Shown: positions 61,934-64,000 of the stretch, one piece after another
Layout: every line of letters starts with the position of its first letter
Position numbering within the stretch: the stretch's first letter is position 1
NCBI GenBank assembly: GCA_051880475.1
Contig: JBJEOA010000055.1
Span: forward strand, 28,629-92,628
Length of the DNA: 64,000 nt
Direction of reading: 5' to 3'
Origin: Lachnospiraceae bacterium
GTDB taxonomy: Bacteria > Bacillota > Clostridia > Lachnospirales > Lachnospiraceae
Notes under the pieces: model-generated
Told to the model about the DNA's origin: nothing
The model's database searches: none
Seen by the model: only the letters and a program-made list of their open reading frames with translations
Position numbers and translations under genes: made by a program

Positions 61934-63397
61934 ATGAAGCTAAAAACATTATTAGAAAATATAAAATATGAATGTCTTCAGGGCGATATTGATGTAGAAA
62001 TTACAAATTTGACACATGATTCTAGAAAAGTGCAGGAAGGGTCTGTATTTACTTGCATCGTTGGAGCAGTTGTAGATGGACATAATTTCATTAAGGATGT
62101 CATTGCGATGGGAGCGAAAGTATTGGTTGTCCAAAGAGAGATTGAGGTGCCAGAGAGTGTGACAGTAATTAAAGTGGAAGATACAAGATACGCACTTGCT
62201 TATCTTTCCGCAGCGTATTTTGGATATCCAGCAAGACAGATGAAAATGATTGGTATTACAGGCACAAAGGGAAAAACGAGTACATCGTATATGATCCAAG
62301 ATATGTTAAAAGCAGCAGGTTATAAAGTTGGGGCACTTGGAACAATTGAAGCAGTAATCGGTGATGAAAAAATTCCGATGAGTAATACGACACCTGATTC
62401 TTTCACTCTTCACTCTTATTTTAAACGAATGTTAGACGCTGGCTGTGATGCAGTTGTTATGGAGGTTTCCTCACAGGGACTGAAATATCACAGAACAGCA
62501 GGAATAGAATTTGACTATGGTTTGTTTACAAATCTTTCTCCAGACCATATCGGACCAAATGAGCATGATAGTTTTGAAGATTATATGCAGAGTAAGGCGA
62601 AATTATTTAGACAGAGCAAATTAGGAATTGCAAATATTGATGATGAACATTTTGAGGAGATTACAAAAGACGCTCTTTGTCCGATTGAGACATTTGGTCT
62701 TCATGAGAACGCAGATCTTCGCGCCTGTGATATTGAGCTAGTTAGGGAGAAAGATTATCTTGGAATTGATTTTAAATTAAGTGGCCTAGAAAATTACGAA
62801 GTACAAGAGGGAGTTCCTGGAAAATTCAGTGTTTATAATGCACTTGGAGCAATCTCTGTTGCGCGTCATTTTGGTATTGGTGAGGAAATTGTCAATAAGG
62901 TGCTTAGACAGTTTAAAGTAAAAGGTAGAATTCAGATTGTACCAACAGGTTCTGATTATACATTAATCATTGACTATGCTCATAATGCAGTTAGTTTGGA
63001 GAGTATTTTAAAGACACTTAGAGAGTATCATCCAGCCAGACTAATTAGTGTATTTGGATGTGGTGGAAATCGCTCTAAACTTCGAAGATATGAGATGGGT
63101 GAAGTATCTGGAAGGCTTGCAGACTTCACAATTATCACATCAGATAATCCAAGATTTGAAGAGCCACAAGATATTATAGATGATATTATTATAGGTATGA
63201 AAAAGACAGACGGAGAGTACAAAGAGATTATTGACCGTAAGGAAGCAATTTCTTACTGCATCAATAATGCAAAAACAGGAGATATCGTCCTAATTGCAGG
63301 AAAGGGCCATGAGGATTATCAGGAAATCCGAGGAATTAAATATCATATGCTTGATGAGGAAACAGCAAAAGACGTACTCTCAGGGATAAAATATTAA
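61934..63397 (+). CDS. murE: UDP-N-acetylmuramoyl-L-alanyl-D-glutamate--2,6-diaminopimelate ligase
   Basis: GITGTKGKTST P-loop; the DNPR motif (TSDNPRFE) is diagnostic of DAP-adding MurE; GKGHEDYQ. Confidence 0.92.
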   Translation: MKLKTLLENIKYECLQGDIDVEITNLTHDSRKVQEGSVFTCIVGAVVDGHNFIKDVIAMGAKVLVVQREIEVPESVTVIKVEDTRYALAYLSAAYFGYPARQMKMIGITGTKGKTSTSYMIQDMLKAAGYKVGALGTIEAVIGDEKIPMSNTTPDSFTLHSYFKRMLDAGCDAVVMEVSSQGLKYHRTAGIEFDYGLFTNLSPDHIGPNEHDSFEDYMQSKAKLFRQSKLGIANIDDEHFEEITKDALCPIETFGLHENADLRACDIELVREKDYLGIDFKLSGLENYEVQEGVPGKFSVYNALGAISVARHFGIGEEIVNKVLRQFKVKGRIQIVPTGSDYTLIIDYAHNAVSLESILKTLREYHPARLISVFGCGGNRSKLRRYEMGEVSGRLADFTIITSDNPRFEEPQDIIDDIIIGMKKTDGEYKEIIDRKEAISYCINNAKTGDIVLIAGKGHEDYQEIRGIKYHMLDEETAKDVLSGIKY

Positions 63398-63428
63398 AAG
63401 ACTAAGGAAAGATATAGGAGAGGAACCG

Positions 63429-64000
63429 ATGGAAGAACTATATGCAGACGTTATTATTAACATATCGCATGAGGCAGTAGATAAAGTATTCCAGTATAAG
63501 GTGCCTCTTCTTTTGCGTTGTGAGATATCGGTAGGAATGATGGTGGAAGTTCCATTTGGAAATGGAAATAAAAAAAGAAAGGGATATGTCGTTCGACTGA
63601 GTGATATCCCTTCTTATGATGTCACAAAGCTAAAAGAAATACTGGCAATTGATAAAGAAAAAATGCAAGTTGAGGGACAGTTAATTAGCTTGGCATATTG
63701 GATGAGAGAGCGATATGGAACGACAATGATTCAATGTCTAAAGACGGTATTGCCAGTAAAAGATAAGATAGCTAAGAGAGAATCAAGAAAAATTAAGCTT
63801 TGTATTGCTCGGGAAGAGGCTAAAAACTTATTAACAGAATATGAGGCAAAACATTTTAAAGCGAAAGTGCGTCTTTTAAAAGCAGTGCTTAAAGATGAGA
63901 TGCCCTATGAAAAAGTTTTAAAGGAATATAAAATTCCTCTATCCACAATAAAGACGATGGAGGAGCAAGGCATTATTGAGATAAACTCAGAGAGGAAATA
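63429..64000 (+). CDS. priA: Primosomal protein N' (replication restart helicase), 3' end beyond the window
   Basis: My own translation from the ATG after AGGAGAGG gives MEELYADVIINISHEAVDKVFQYKVPLLLRCEISVGMMVEVPFGNGNKKRKGYVV, the typical PriA N-terminal 3'-DNA-binding domain. The frame is open to the window end and is absent from the ORF track because it has no stop. Confidence 0.8.
   Translation, partial: MEELYADVIINISHEAVDKVFQYKVPLLLRCEISVGMMVEVPFGNGNKKRKGYVVRLSDIPSYDVTKLKEILAIDKEKMQVEGQLISLAYWMRERYGTTMIQCLKTVLPVKDKIAKRESRKIKLCIAREEAKNLLTEYEAKHFKAKVRLLKAVLKDEMPYEKVLKEYKIPLSTIKTMEEQGIIEINSERK

Noticed and set aside
1-64000. Mobile elements, prophage, defence islands, CRISPR arrays, and tRNA, rRNA or tmRNA genes.
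   Set aside because: I saw no transposase, integrase or recombinase-like ORFs, no regularly spaced repeats and no cloverleaf-compatible intergenic sequences. The intergenic regions are short and are explained by promoters and terminators.

Overview
Low-GC, densely coding chromosomal segment from a spore-forming Firmicute of the Clostridia type, since spoIIAA-spoIIAB-sigF is present. I support about 58 protein genes and recognised no rRNA, tRNA, CRISPR array, transposase or integrase.

Layout:
(1) 1-15.1 kb: a single-direction anaerobic cobalamin operon. Its order is hemC-cobA-hemD fusion, cobS, cobT, cbiC, cbiD, cbiET, cbiK, cbiL, cbiJ, cbiA, cbiB, cobD, cbiP-cobO fusion. cbiF/G/H and cobU are not in the window.
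(2) 15-30 kb: mixed housekeeping. This holds a DUF445-like protein, a secreted SH3b-like protein, MBL hydrolase, an FAD protein, a minus-strand PHP phosphatase/DUF1836/lipoprotein block, YerC/TrpR-like and AraC regulators, galE-galT, a Fur-family gene, a stand-alone ACT protein, glyA and a LUD-domain protein.
(3) 30.0-35.7 kb: a three-gene operon with no recognisable catalytic motifs. It encodes an 1180-aa beta-sandwich plus helical-repeat protein, a 360-aa degenerate mini-Hsp70-like protein and a TPR-like protein. It lies immediately upstream of valS-folC. This is my top candidate for an undescribed system.
(4) 35.8-43.5 kb: valS without a T-box leader, folC translationally coupled to two unknown genes, then the spoIIA operon.
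(5) 43.6-56.7 kb: a glycan locus. ugd is divergent from an 8-gene block made of a pyruvyl-transferase::FrhB-like fusion, glf and six GT2 genes carrying seven GT2 domains. All products look soluble and basic-tailed, and there is no exporter, polymerase or priming enzyme.
(6) 56.8-64 kb: a monocistronic Cys/Gly-rich tiny-TM gene with a sigma-K-like promoter, a C-domain-less pyruvate-kinase paralogue, an ECF S-component, aconitase, murE and the 5' part of priA.

All functional calls come from motif reading of the supplied translations. No database search was possible.
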